Positions 1 to 10,020 of a stretch of 64,000 nt of DNA are shown piece after piece. The stretch spans positions 1,026 through 65,025 of the forward strand of contig JBBIMX010000001.1 in the NCBI GenBank assembly GCA_037444165.1, read 5' to 3'. The notes beneath the pieces were generated by a model that did not search any database, was not told the DNA's origin, and saw nothing but the letters and a program-made list of their open reading frames with translations. This DNA comes from Deltaproteobacteria bacterium (GTDB lineage Bacteria; Desulfobacterota; BSN033; UBA1163). Within the stretch, counting starts at the first letter, position 1. Every line of letters begins with the position of its first letter. Made by a program: the position numbers and the translations under genes.

Positions 1-444
1 GACACTGAAATGGACCCCAATGTCTCTCAAAAAATCAATATAGTTGAGTTTGGTCAACCAATCGGCATTATTCAAAAGAAGTGCCTTTCCCTCTGAAAAA
101 TCTAAAAATCGAGAAAACTGTCTTTTCTGTGCTTCAGCATTCCGGTTGATCTCTTCATAAGTTAAGATTTGACGCATCTCATCTTTACCGCTGGGATCCC
201 CAACCAATCCTGTTCCTCCACCGATTAAAGCAATAGGACGATGTCCAAAACGCTGCATATGGGAGAGGGCCATGATAGGCACTAAGTTTCCCACATGGAA
301 ACTTGAGGCGGTGGGGTCAAATCCAATATAGCAGGTAACCTTACCTTTTAATAGTTCGGCGATTTTCTCTTCATCGGTGACCTGCTCAATAAATCCCCTC
401 TCTTTAAATACCTCAAAGACGGTCTTCTTTTCCTTCAGGTCCAT
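1..444 (-). CDS. tyrS: tyrosyl-tRNA synthetase, N-terminal part (gene runs off the window edge)
   Basis: Reverse-strand translation from the ATG at 444 gives MDLKEKKTVFEVFKERGFIEQVTDEEKIAELLKGKVTCYIGFDPTASSFHVGNLVPIMALSHMQRFGHRPIALIGGGTGLVGDP. It has the class-I HIGH-type motif and the TyrRS N-terminal signature. It overlaps the ymdB 3' end by about 30 nt in another frame. It is absent from the ORF track because no stop lies in the window. Confidence 0.8.
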   Translation of the reverse strand, partial: MDLKEKKTVFEVFKERGFIEQVTDEEKIAELLKGKVTCYIGFDPTASSFHVGNLVPIMALSHMQRFGHRPIALIGGGTGLVGDPSGKDEMRQILTYEEINRNAEAQKRQFSRFLDFSEGKALLLNNADWLTKLNYIDFLRDIGVHFSV

Positions 445-1240
445 AGGGAGTTCCTCTCTCGTTTAATGGGATTCGAAGTCTTTTGATCTCTCTGGATTTA
501 CCCGTTTTCTCATCAATCTCTACCATCACTCCTTGAAGTTCGATTTCTCCGGAGGCGACATCGAACTTCCATGGAATCTGGGTGAGGAAACGATCGAGGG
601 CCACCTGTTTACGGATTCCAATGACGGAATCCAAGGGACCGGTCATTCCCACATCGGTAATGTAAGCGGTCCCTTCGTCAAGGATTCTATCATCACAGGT
701 TTGGATATGGGTATGAGTCCCCAGGACAGCAGAGACTCCCCCATTCAAAAACCAACCCATCGCCATCTTCTCTGAGGTCGCTTCAGCGTGGAAGTCCACG
801 ACGATAGCTAAGGTCTCTTTCCTCAATCTTTCGACCTCTTTCTCCCCTGCTCGAAAGGGACAGTCTAAATGCTTCATAAAGACCCTACCCTCTAAATTGA
901 GGACTCCAATTTTTTGTCCCTGCTTGGAGAAGAAGATTCCTGATCCTTTCCCTGGCACTTGCTCAGGATAATTGGCAGGTCTCAAAATTCGAGGCTCATC
1001 GTTCAAGAAAGAAATAATTTCTTTTTTCGCCCAGATATGGTTTCCAGTGGTGAGGACGTCCACTCCCATCTCAAAAATCTCCAGGGCAATAGCCGGGGTG
1101 ATTCCCATCCCTCCAGCCGCATTCTCTCCATTGGCAATCGTAAAGTCAATCCCATACGATTCAATTACTTTTCCCAATAACTCACGGAGAGCCCTTCGTC
1201 CTGGTTTCCCTACAATATCCCCCACAAAAAGAATTCGCAT
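413..1240 (-). CDS. ymdB: YmdB-family metallophosphoesterase (2',3'-cyclic-nucleotide phosphodiesterase)
   Basis: 275-aa ORF with MRILFVGDIVGKPGR...GNHIWAKKE...GTHTHIQTCDD metallophosphatase motifs. It sits immediately downstream of rny, as is typical. Confidence 0.85.
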   Translation of the reverse strand: MRILFVGDIVGKPGRRALRELLGKVIESYGIDFTIANGENAAGGMGITPAIALEIFEMGVDVLTTGNHIWAKKEIISFLNDEPRILRPANYPEQVPGKGSGIFFSKQGQKIGVLNLEGRVFMKHLDCPFRAGEKEVERLRKETLAIVVDFHAEATSEKMAMGWFLNGGVSAVLGTHTHIQTCDDRILDEGTAYITDVGMTGPLDSVIGIRKQVALDRFLTQIPWKFDVASGEIELQGVMVEIDEKTGKSREIKRLRIPLNERGTPYGPEGKEDRL

Positions 1241-1266
1241 CTTGGATTCCTTTATAATTCGACCCT

Positions 1267-2835
1267 CTATTTTGCAATATCGACCGCTCTCATTTCTCGA
1301 ATGACAGTCACTTTAATCTGGCCCGGATAGGTCAATTCCTTTTCAATCTTTCGGGCAATATCACGACAAAGGATCACAGATTCTTCATCTGAAATCTTTT
1401 CGGGCTGAACAATCACCCGAACCTCTCTTCCCGCCTGAATGGCGTAAGATTTCTCAACCCCGGGGAAGGATTGGGCAATCTTCTCTAAATCCTCTAATCG
1501 TTTCACATAAGTCTCTAAGGTCTCCCGTCTTGCTCCTGGTCTGGCTCCTGAAAGAGCGTCCGCGGCTACGACTAAAACATCCAGGACACTTTCAGGCCTT
1601 TCCTCTTCATGATGAGATAAAATAGCATGAACAATCAAAGGGGACTCCCCATATTTCCTGGCCAATTCGGCGCCAATCTTGGCATGGGAACCTTCGACTT
1701 CATGATCTACTGCCTTTCCAATATCATGGAGAAGCCCTGCCCGTTTGGCCTGTTTGATATTGAGACCTAACTCAGCAGCCATGATCCCGCAAAGAAAAGC
1801 CACCTCTAAGGAATGCTGATAAACATTTTGAGCGTAACTGGTGCGATATTTTAGTCGTCCAATGAGTTTCACCAATTCCGGATGGATCCCATGAACCCCT
1901 ACATCGAAGGTGGCCTGCTCACCTGCTTCTCGAATAGAGGCCTCGACCTCCTGTTCTACTTTTTGAACAATCTCTTCGATCCGGGCTGGGTGAATTCTTC
2001 CATCACTGACTAAACGTTCCAGAGAAATTCTCGCAATCTCCCTCCGAATCGGATTAAAACCGGAAAGAATGACGGCTTCTGGGGTATCATCGATGATCAG
2101 ATCCACCCCCGTCGCTGCTTCGAGGGCCCGAATATTTCTGCCTTCCCTTCCAATAATCCTCCCTTTCATCTCTTCATTAGGAAGATTGACCACAGAGACC
2201 GTCTTTTCTGCCACATAATCACCGGCATAACGCTGAATAGCCAGGCTGATAATCTCCTTGGCCTTTTTGTCGGCTATCTCTCGGGCCTCATCCTCCATTC
2301 TTTTGATCTTTTTAGCCATCTCGTGTTTCGCCTCTTCTTCCATCGACTCCATTAAAAGTCTTTTGGCCTCCTCAGCCGTCATCTTAGAAATATTCTCCAA
2401 CTGGATTCGCTGTCTCTGGAGAAGCTCCGAAACCTTCTTTTCCATCTCTTGGACCATTTTTTCCTGCTGAATCAATGCCCTCTCTTTTTTAACCATTTCT
2501 CCTTCTCGGGTTTCGAGAAGTTCCATCTTCTTGTCTAAATTGGATTCTCTTTGTGCAATTCGCCTCTCCAAATTTTGAAGTTCCTGTCGTTTCTCGTTGA
2601 TCTCTTTCTCAAAGGCAGCCTTCTCCTGATAGAATTGATCCTTTGCACGAAGAAGGGCTTCCTTTTTGATAATCTCTGACTCCTTCTCTGCTTCTTCAAT
2701 GATTCTCTTTGCTATCTCCTGGGCGGACTCGATCTTTGATTCGACATATCTCTTTCGAATGAGAAAACCGATGACGGCGCCAAGAAAAGCTATAAAAAAA
2801 ACGATCAACATATACAAACCGATAGGTAGACTCAA
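1267..2835 (-). CDS. rny: ribonuclease Y
   Basis: 522 aa with an N-terminal TM helix, coiled-coil, KH domain ([15 protein letters not shown]) and HD domain (HDIGK...H...D). Confidence 0.9.
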   Translation of the reverse strand: MSLPIGLYMLIVFFIAFLGAVIGFLIRKRYVESKIESAQEIAKRIIEEAEKESEIIKKEALLRAKDQFYQEKAAFEKEINEKRQELQNLERRIAQRESNLDKKMELLETREGEMVKKERALIQQEKMVQEMEKKVSELLQRQRIQLENISKMTAEEAKRLLMESMEEEAKHEMAKKIKRMEDEAREIADKKAKEIISLAIQRYAGDYVAEKTVSVVNLPNEEMKGRIIGREGRNIRALEAATGVDLIIDDTPEAVILSGFNPIRREIARISLERLVSDGRIHPARIEEIVQKVEQEVEASIREAGEQATFDVGVHGIHPELVKLIGRLKYRTSYAQNVYQHSLEVAFLCGIMAAELGLNIKQAKRAGLLHDIGKAVDHEVEGSHAKIGAELARKYGESPLIVHAILSHHEEERPESVLDVLVVAADALSGARPGARRETLETYVKRLEDLEKIAQSFPGVEKSYAIQAGREVRVIVQPEKISDEESVILCRDIARKIEKELTYPGQIKVTVIREMRAVDIAK

Positions 2836-2942
2836 GAGTTATTCACCTCCTTTTAGATTCGTAATGACATTTTCCACTAAAAGCTCCACTCTCTCAAATT
2901 CCCTTAGGAATTTAGACCCTTTCGGTCTCGCTCGAGAGGAGT

Positions 2943-3255
2943 GGGATCAGGATAGAGAAAAGGGTGGTTTTAGAAGAACCTGATAGGGATAAGAAAAGGA
3001 GCGGAAATGAATCAAAAACTCGTTGACCTCTTTTTTTATATTTTTAAACTGTAACCTTCTATGAAAGGGAAAAAAGAAGAGGCTCCATCCTTTAAATTCA
3101 GCCTGATCGGGAGTCCTCCTCTTTTCGATCTCCCTTTCAAAGAATTTTAGTAGAATCGCAATCATTTTTAAATTCAGGAGCGGAAAAAGACTCATTTCTC
3201 TCATCTATCAGGTTATCTCTGATCCCCTTTTCTCTATCTCCCACCCTATCTTTTT
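2943..3255. repeat. imperfect inverted-repeat structure in the rny upstream intergenic region
   Basis: Left arm 2943-2990 (gggatcagGATAGAGAAAAGGGtgg...AACCTGATAG) matches the reverse complement of 3196-3255 (GATAGAGAAAAGGGgatcagagatAACCTGATAG). Direct repeats aggagcggaaaNga occur at 2997 and 3177. Confidence 0.4.
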
Positions 3256-3272
3256 ATTTTAATGGTAAAACC

Positions 3273-3602
3273 TTATCCTGTAATACTCACTTTTTTGGGT
3301 TCTTTTCCTCCAATTTTAATATCTATTCTTTCGGCCAGATCCTTGGATTTGGACTCAATTTCTTGAAGAAGGATCATCCTTTTTTCTCTCTCTCTCAAAA
3401 GATCATCAGCGATGTTGAGAGCGGTTAGAATGGCCACATTAAGAGTCGAAACACTCCGCGTCTTTTTCAGAATTTCCTCCGCTTTTTCATTCACGTATTT
3501 TGCAACCTCCTGGATATGACTCTCATTAGCGTCGGTCTTTACGGTATAGGTCTGTCCAAATACTTTAATCTCGACGGTTCTCTCCTTTCCCATCTCTCTC
3601 AC
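3273..3602 (-). CDS. zapA: cell division protein ZapA
   Basis: 109 aa with ZapA-like core (VKIFGQTYTVKTD...LNVAILTALNIADDL). Confidence 0.7.
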   Translation of the reverse strand: MREMGKERTVEIKVFGQTYTVKTDANESHIQEVAKYVNEKAEEILKKTRSVSTLNVAILTALNIADDLLREREKRMILLQEIESKSKDLAERIDIKIGGKEPKKVSITG

Positions 3603-3629
3603 TCCGCAGAATCTATCCCCTCTCTTGGA

Positions 3630-3842
3630 TTATAGATCAATTCCTTTCAATCTTTGAAGGAGTTGGTCAATCCTCATTTTGACTCGTTCTCGATCTTGAG
3701 AGAGGAGTTCCATCTTCTTCTCGATCTCTAGTCTTTTCTCCCTCTCTTCTTTAAGGGCAGAGAGGAGTTTCTCTTTTTCCTCCATAAGATCCTGATATTT
3801 GGCTAACAATTCGGAAATTTTCTCTTCGAGGTGTTCAAGCAT
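3630..3842 (-). CDS. zapB: ZapB-like coiled-coil cell-division protein
   Basis: 70-aa all-coiled-coil protein (E/K/L-rich heptads) directly upstream of zapA. Confidence 0.55.
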   Translation of the reverse strand: MLEHLEEKISELLAKYQDLMEEKEKLLSALKEEREKRLEIEKKMELLSQDRERVKMRIDQLLQRLKGIDL

Positions 3843-3958
3843 AGGAACTCCCCTTCGAAGATCCTTTTGTCAGCCAGACTGTTTTCAATCCTATTTCTTC
3901 ATTCAAAAAAAGTCAATCCTCAAAAAAAATTTTTAAGGAATTGAAACACTCTCCTCTT

Positions 3959-5066
3959 TCAGTTTGTATTCGTATTCAGGAGATAGGTTTTCATGAACTC
4001 GTCAATTTCCCCATCCAAGACGCGATCCACCTGATAGATGACCTTATTGGTCCGGTGGTCTTTCACCATCTTATAAGGATGTAAAATGTAAGAACGAATT
4101 TGACTTCCCCAAGCGATCTCTTTCTTCGAATGATGAAGTTCTCGTAATTTTTCCTCCTTCTCCTTTCGTTCCTTCTCATAAAGTCTCGCCTTTAATATTT
4201 TTAAGGCCATCGCTTTATTTTTATGTTGGGAGCGTTCATTTTGGCATTGAACGACGATTCCGGTTGGAAGGTGAGTGATTCGGACGGCAGAATCCGTTTT
4301 ATTCACATGCTGCCCTCCTGCTCCACTCGAACGAAAGGTATCTATTCTCAAATCCTTTTCGTCAATCTCAATATCGATCTCTTCGGGAACCTCGGGAATC
4401 ACAAATACAGAGGCAAAGGAGGTATGTCGCCTCGCTCCTGCGTCAAAGGGAGAGATCCGAACCAATCGATGGATTCCCACTTCTGCCTTTAAATATCCAT
4501 AGGCATACTTACCATTTACGGTAAAGGTCACGTTCTTTATCCCCGCTTCCTCTCCAGGGAGGATATCCACAATTTGGGTTTGATATCCTTTCTTTTCGGC
4601 CCATCTCAAATACATTCTAAGAAGCATTTCAGCCCAATCCTGGGCCTCTGTCCCTCCTGCCCCTGCATTAATGCTCACGATCGCATTTCTCTCGTCATTT
4701 TCCCCCTTCAGCATTTGTCTAAATTCCATCTCATTGATGGCTTCTTCGTTCTGCTGAATTTTTTTAAGAAGTTCTTCGGCTTCCCTTTCATCATTCTGCT
4801 CCTCGATAAGTTGAAGAAGAACCTCCATCTCTTCAATTTCTTTTTTCTTCTCTTGCCAAGAGGATAGGCCTTCTAAAAGAGAATTCCTCTCTTTTAGAAT
4901 TTTTTGTGTCATCTCCCCCCCTTCCCAGAAATTAGGTTCTGACATCATCTTCCCAATCTCGTCTAATCGTTTCTCTTTTTTTTCGAGGTCAAAGATAGCC
5001 TCGCATTATCTCTAAACGATTATTTAACTCCTTCAATCGACCCTTAAGTTCAACAATCATTGCCAT
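3959..5066 (-). CDS. prfB: peptide chain release factor 2 (programmed +1 frameshift)
   Basis: The 329-aa ORF has the SPF motif and the GGQ motif ([21 protein letters not shown]). Upstream, a short frame reading [25 protein letters not shown] ends at the classic CTT TGA C shift site at 4994..4988 (minus). Confidence 0.9.
4988..4994 (-). other. RF2 programmed +1 ribosomal frameshift site CUU UGA C
   Basis: Minus-strand sequence ...GGCTATCTTTGACCTCGAA...; frame 0 stops at TGA and the +1 frame continues [23 protein letters not shown]. Confidence 0.85.
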
Positions 5067-5158
5067 CACCTACTTTATTGGAATGGATAATAAATTATTA
5101 ACATAAGTTGAGATAAAAGTTAAATAATTTTTATAACTTATTGAAATTACATAATATT

Positions 5159-6031
5159 TTATTTATTTAGAATTTTCTCCATCTCTTCCCCCACAAGGGC
5201 TGGATTTTTAACCACACGAACCCCTGCTTTTTCTAATGCCTCCATCTTCTCCTGGGCTGTTCCTTTACCTCCAGAAATGATAGCCCCTGCATGGCCCATT
5301 CTCCTTCCCGGTGGGGCTGTTAATCCAGCAATGAATGCGATGACTGGTTTTCGGATCTCCCTTTCAATAAATTGGGCCGCTTCTTCTTCCGCTGTCCCTC
5401 CAATCTCGCCAATCATAATTAATGCCTGGGTTTCGGGATCCTTTTCAAAAAGTTGAAGAAGATCTACATAATCCAGTCCTATGATTTGATCCCCACCAAT
5501 TCCAACGCAGGTAGACTGTCCAATTCCTTTTTTGGTTAATTGATCCACGACTTCATAGGTGAGAGTTCCACTCCTTGACATAATTCCAACTGGCCCTTGC
5601 TTATGGATATAACCTGCCATGACGCCAATCTTGCATTTTCCAGGTGAGATAATCCCAGGAGTATTGGGACCAATCAAATGGATGTTTTTCTTAAGAAGAT
5701 ATTCCTTCACTTTAATCATCTCTAAGGTAGGAATCCCTTCCGTAAGACAGACAATGAGGGGGATATTTGAATCGGCTGCCTCCAATATGGCATCGGCTGC
5801 AAAGGCCGGCGGAACAAAGATCGCAGAGGCATCTACCTTGATCTCTTTTACCGCCTCTGCCACGGTGTTGAAAACTGGAATTCCATCCACCTTTTGTCCT
5901 CCTTTCCCTGGAGTGACTCCTGCCACAATCTTCGTTCCATACTCTACCATTTGCCGGGTATGAAACATCCCCTCATTTCCGGTAATTCCCTGAACTAACA
6001 CCCTTGTATTTTCGTCTATTAAGATGCTCAT
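5159..6031 (-). CDS. sucD: succinyl-CoA synthetase alpha subunit
   Basis: [21 protein letters not shown]... CoA-binding motif and phosphohistidine loop ([10 protein letters not shown]). Start taken at the fifth methionine of the ORF. Confidence 0.9.
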   Translation of the reverse strand: MSILIDENTRVLVQGITGNEGMFHTRQMVEYGTKIVAGVTPGKGGQKVDGIPVFNTVAEAVKEIKVDASAIFVPPAFAADAILEAADSNIPLIVCLTEGIPTLEMIKVKEYLLKKNIHLIGPNTPGIISPGKCKIGVMAGYIHKQGPVGIMSRSGTLTYEVVDQLTKKGIGQSTCVGIGGDQIIGLDYVDLLQLFEKDPETQALIMIGEIGGTAEEEAAQFIEREIRKPVIAFIAGLTAPPGRRMGHAGAIISGGKGTAQEKMEALEKAGVRVVKNPALVGEEMEKILNK

Positions 6032-6095
6032 GTTCCCCTCCAAATTAAAATTTGCCTAGCCATAGAATAAAGGCTCGTTTTTGACCCTGAACACC

Positions 6096-7268
6096 CTATG
6101 CTCTTTGCATCATTAACGCCTCCATCACTTTCTGTGCCCCTTCATACATCCCATGGGCGACCGTAAAGTTGAGTCCTGAATCGTTAAGAATCCTTCTTCC
6201 CTCCTCCACATTTGTTCCCTCCAGCCTCACGATGATGGGAACATTCACCTTTACCTCTCTTACTGCCTCTGTCACGCCCTTTGCCAGAGTGTCACACCGA
6301 AGAATTCCTCCAAAGATATTAATGAATACTACTTTTACATCGGGATCAGACATTAAAATTTTAAACCCGTTCCTTACCATCTCCACAGTAGCCCCTCCTC
6401 CCACATCGAGAAAATTTGCAGGTTCTGCCCCAAAGACCTTTATCATATCCATCGTTGCCATTGCCAGACCTGCACCATTGACCATACAACCCACATTCCC
6501 GTTGAGTTTAATATAATTCAGGTTATATTTGGAGGCTTCGATCTCCAGGGGATCCTCTTCATGAAGATCCCTGAGCTGGATAATTTCTTTATGTCGAAAG
6601 AGTCCATTGTCATCAAAATTCATTTTCGCATCCAGAGCAAAGAATTCTCCACTCCTTGTTAGAATGAGAGGATTGATTTCGGCAAGTAAACAGTCTTTCT
6701 CATAAAATGCATTAAAAAGCCCCACCACAATGGGTCTCAATTTTCCCACTTCCACTGGCCCAAAGCCCAAGCCATATCCAATCTTATTCACCTGGAAGGG
6801 TCTTAATCCTATCGAAGGGTCCACCCATTCTTTTACAATCTTTTCAGGGGATTCCGCTGCCACTTTCTCGATCTCTATTCCACCTTCCCGGCTTGCCATA
6901 ATCACGGGTAAGGCTTTGGATCGGTCAATGACTACCCCTAAATAGAGCTCTTCTTTGATCTCCATCCCTTCTTCTATGAGAATCTTTCTAACCACCTTTC
7001 CTTTTGCCCCTGTCTGTGGAGTCACCAGGACCATCCCGATCATTTCTTTGGCTACCCCCTCTACCTCTGATGGGCTTTTGACGACTCGGACTCCTCCTGC
7101 TTTCCCTCTCCCTCCTGCGTGGATCTGAGCCTTTAGAACGATGGTTTTGGCTCCAATCTCTTCCGCGACCTTTTTAGCCTCCTCTGGGGTTTCTACCGCT
7201 CTTCCTTTAGGAACAGGCACCCCATATTGTTTAAGAATCTCTTTCGCTTGATACTCGTGGATCTTCAT
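6096..7268 (-). CDS. sucC: succinyl-CoA synthetase beta subunit (ADP-forming)
   Basis: MKIHEYQAKEILKQYGVPVPKG... ATP-grasp SucC signature. Confidence 0.9.
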   Translation of the reverse strand: MKIHEYQAKEILKQYGVPVPKGRAVETPEEAKKVAEEIGAKTIVLKAQIHAGGRGKAGGVRVVKSPSEVEGVAKEMIGMVLVTPQTGAKGKVVRKILIEEGMEIKEELYLGVVIDRSKALPVIMASREGGIEIEKVAAESPEKIVKEWVDPSIGLRPFQVNKIGYGLGFGPVEVGKLRPIVVGLFNAFYEKDCLLAEINPLILTRSGEFFALDAKMNFDDNGLFRHKEIIQLRDLHEEDPLEIEASKYNLNYIKLNGNVGCMVNGAGLAMATMDMIKVFGAEPANFLDVGGGATVEMVRNGFKILMSDPDVKVVFINIFGGILRCDTLAKGVTEAVREVKVNVPIIVRLEGTNVEEGRRILNDSGLNFTVAHGMYEGAQKVMEALMMQRA

Positions 7269-7421
7269 TTTACCCTCCCTTTTCCGTTAAAAGCTTTCCA
7301 AATATTATAACGAATTTTTGGATTCAAACAACATTGATTCAAAGAGAGAATCCTCGCCTTCATTTCTCCATAAAAAGGAAATCGAATAGGATATGGGGGA
7401 GAAGGAAATAAGGAGCGAAAA

Positions 7422-9107
7422 TTACCGGATCGTCCCGAGATAGTGAGTCGTGAGCTGACGCTCACGAACTTTAGGATTGGTATAATCCGGGAGAAGCATA
7501 GGAGCCACTCGATCCGTCACTATCCCTGCTTCCTCAAGCTCTTTATGATATTTTCTCACATGATCCAACGTTAATTTTCCATCTCTGAATTTTTCTTTAG
7601 CGTAAAGAGCCGCATTCTCTCCTGCAATCCTTCCAAACACACAGACATCAAGAAGGGAATTCCCCATCAAGCGGTTCTCCCCATGGACTCCACCCGTCAC
7701 TTCGCCAGCAGCAAAAAATCCTAAAACAGAGGTTTCGCACCGGCTATTGTATTCTAAGCCTCCATTCTGATAATGGAGGGTGGGGTAGACAAGCATGGGT
7801 TCTTTCGAAATATCAATCCCATATCGCTTAAATAGAATATACTTCCCAGGAAATTCTCTCTTTACCGTTCCTTCACCCATCAAAATATCGATCATCGGAG
7901 AATCAAGCCATACCCCCACTTTGCCGGTGGGAGTAGGCACGCCTTTTCCAATTTCTGTACATTCACGGATGAAGGAAGCGGATTCTACATCTCTCGGTTC
8001 TCTTTCATTGACAAACTGTTCTCCGTCGATATTCAGGACATTTGCTCCTGCCCCTCTGAATTTTTCTGTAATCAGAAGTCCCTCCGCCTGTTCCGGGAAA
8101 ACAGCACCGGTAGGGTGATATTGAACGGTATGAAGGAAACAAAGCTTAACCCCGGCTCGATATCCCAGGACAAGTCCATCTCCCGTGGCGCCATAATGAT
8201 TCGTGGTCATGAATCCTTGAATGTGGAGTCTTCCTGACCCTCCTGTGGCCATAATCACCGCCTTTGCTTTAACCACAAAATATTCCTCGGTCTCAAGATT
8301 ATATAGCACCGCCCCTGCGCAATGGCCATGTTCATTCAAGACCAACTCCACCGCTGGACAAAACTCAAGGACCTTTATGTCCTCAGGCCGATTTCTTGCC
8401 TCATCCCTAAGGGTTCTCATAATTTCAGCCCCGGTAATATCTGCCGCGTAGTGCATCCGTTTACGACAGGTCCCCCCTCCATGAAGCGTCTTTAGACGGC
8501 CATCGGGAAATTTAGTAAACATACAGCCTAAACTCTCCAACCAGGCTAATACCTTAGGAGCTTCTGTCACCAAGGTGTAGACTAACTCTGGGTCATTTTT
8601 AAAATGTCCTCCCCCCATAACATCGAGATAATGAAAATAGGGAGAGTCCTTCGTCCCTTTGGTTGCCGCCTGAATCCCCCCCTCAGCCATCATCGTATTG
8701 GCGTCTCCGTGTCTGAGTTTGGTAGCAATCAACACTTTTGCTCCATTTTCCTGGGCCGTTAACGCCGCTGCGGTCCCTGCTCCTCCTCCTCCAATGATCA
8801 AGACGTCTGTTTCATAAGCTATTTTATTTAAATCTATTAAATCTGGATTAACCCGGCTTCGGGCTTCTAAAAGATCGACTATCTCAGGAGAAATGGCATA
8901 CCCTTTATTTACCCCTACCCGAATCTCCCTTCTCGCCCCCTCGACAAAATCGGGATGGTATTTTCTTAACCTCTCTTCCCTTTCTTTTAAGGAGAGAAGG
9001 GGAAATTCTTCCCCTCTTCTCTTCTTTTCTACTCTCGCAGGTCGAGTCGCTTCCACTCTTTGGATTAGCCTCTTTAATTCTTCAGTATAGGGCATAAATA
9101 CCTCCAT
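7422..9107 (-). CDS. fumarate reductase / succinate dehydrogenase flavoprotein-family subunit with a roughly 100-aa N-terminal extension
   Basis: FAD dinucleotide motif (DVLIIGGGGAGTAAAL) and an RHGDANTMMAEGGIQAA segment aligning with the RSHTVAAEGG covalent-FAD histidine region. No membrane anchor gene is nearby. Confidence 0.65.
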   Translation of the reverse strand: MEVFMPYTEELKRLIQRVEATRPARVEKKRRGEEFPLLSLKEREERLRKYHPDFVEGARREIRVGVNKGYAISPEIVDLLEARSRVNPDLIDLNKIAYETDVLIIGGGGAGTAAALTAQENGAKVLIATKLRHGDANTMMAEGGIQAATKGTKDSPYFHYLDVMGGGHFKNDPELVYTLVTEAPKVLAWLESLGCMFTKFPDGRLKTLHGGGTCRKRMHYAADITGAEIMRTLRDEARNRPEDIKVLEFCPAVELVLNEHGHCAGAVLYNLETEEYFVVKAKAVIMATGGSGRLHIQGFMTTNHYGATGDGLVLGYRAGVKLCFLHTVQYHPTGAVFPEQAEGLLITEKFRGAGANVLNIDGEQFVNEREPRDVESASFIRECTEIGKGVPTPTGKVGVWLDSPMIDILMGEGTVKREFPGKYILFKRYGIDISKEPMLVYPTLHYQNGGLEYNSRCETSVLGFFAAGEVTGGVHGENRLMGNSLLDVCVFGRIAGENAALYAKEKFRDGKLTLDHVRKYHKELEEAGIVTDRVAPMLLPDYTNPKVRERQLTTHYLGTIR

Positions 9108-9218
9108 TCATGGGATGGCGTTGAGGGCATGAGGTATAGCCTTCTTCTCTATTCCCTCCTTTCATAGACAATTTTGGAGGAAGGAGCGCTATCCCCTTTG
9201 CCCTTGGGTCAATAGGGT

Positions 9219-9971
9219 TCAAAGATAGGTTTTATCTTTAGGTTCCCAAAATTCATCTGCCTGTTCCGGTTCAATCTCTCTCTCGTTATAGAGTTTCTTG
9301 AGCGTCTCTTCATCCGTATCCATAAGCTCCCTGAGCATCTGCTCGTACTTTCCTTTTTGAACCTGTTCCACCATCTCGGCAAGATGTTCTGCTTTAGGCA
9401 AGATATATTTTCCATAAAGACGTCTTCCCAGGATGGCTACATTATATTGGCAGATCTCAGCAGGACACCGGGCCGTACAGAGTCCACACATTACACAGTC
9501 AAACGAGAGCTCCGCCAGGCGGACGATATCACCCCTCATGGCAGCAGCAATATAATCCATGACCTCGATATCCATCGGACAGGATTTGGTGCACGTATTA
9601 CACTGCAGACATCTAAGGATCTCGGGATAATATTTTACAATGGTTTCGATCGAGGGCTTCACCTTCTCAATATCATAAACACTCTTTGTCGCTGGAAAGA
9701 AAGGAATCTGAGCGAGATACATGTTTGGCTGCACCACTGTCTGGCAGGCCAATCCCACTTCGATCTTATAACTTCCAGGAAATCGGTATACGGTTCCGCA
9801 GGCCCCACAGATTCCTCCCCTACAGCCACATCCTCGAATCAACTGATATCCTGCATACTCCATTGCCTTTTGAATGGTCAGAGAGGCTGGAACCTCATAC
9901 CTCTTTCCCATAATGAAGATAGGAACCAACTCTTCCTTCTTCCTTTCTTGTGATTCCATGGTTCCCTCCAA
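9219..9971 (-). CDS. fumarate reductase / succinate dehydrogenase iron-sulfur subunit-like protein
   Basis: 2Fe-2S motif (CRGGICGACG...LAC) plus two 4Fe-4S motifs (CLQCNTCTKSCP and CVMCGLCTARCP). Confidence 0.65.
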   Translation of the reverse strand: MEGTMESQERKKEELVPIFIMGKRYEVPASLTIQKAMEYAGYQLIRGCGCRGGICGACGTVYRFPGSYKIEVGLACQTVVQPNMYLAQIPFFPATKSVYDIEKVKPSIETIVKYYPEILRCLQCNTCTKSCPMDIEVMDYIAAAMRGDIVRLAELSFDCVMCGLCTARCPAEICQYNVAILGRRLYGKYILPKAEHLAEMVEQVQKGKYEQMLRELMDTDEETLKKLYNEREIEPEQADEFWEPKDKTYL

Positions 9972-10020
9972 CTTTTTACATAGAATATAGAGGATGAAAC
10001 AGATAAGGATTTTGTATTAT

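Noticed and set aside
2947-3204. 85-aa ORF in the rny-zapA intergenic region
   Set aside because: No ribosome-binding site or family resemblance. It overlaps the inverted-repeat structure and more likely belongs to a non-coding leader.
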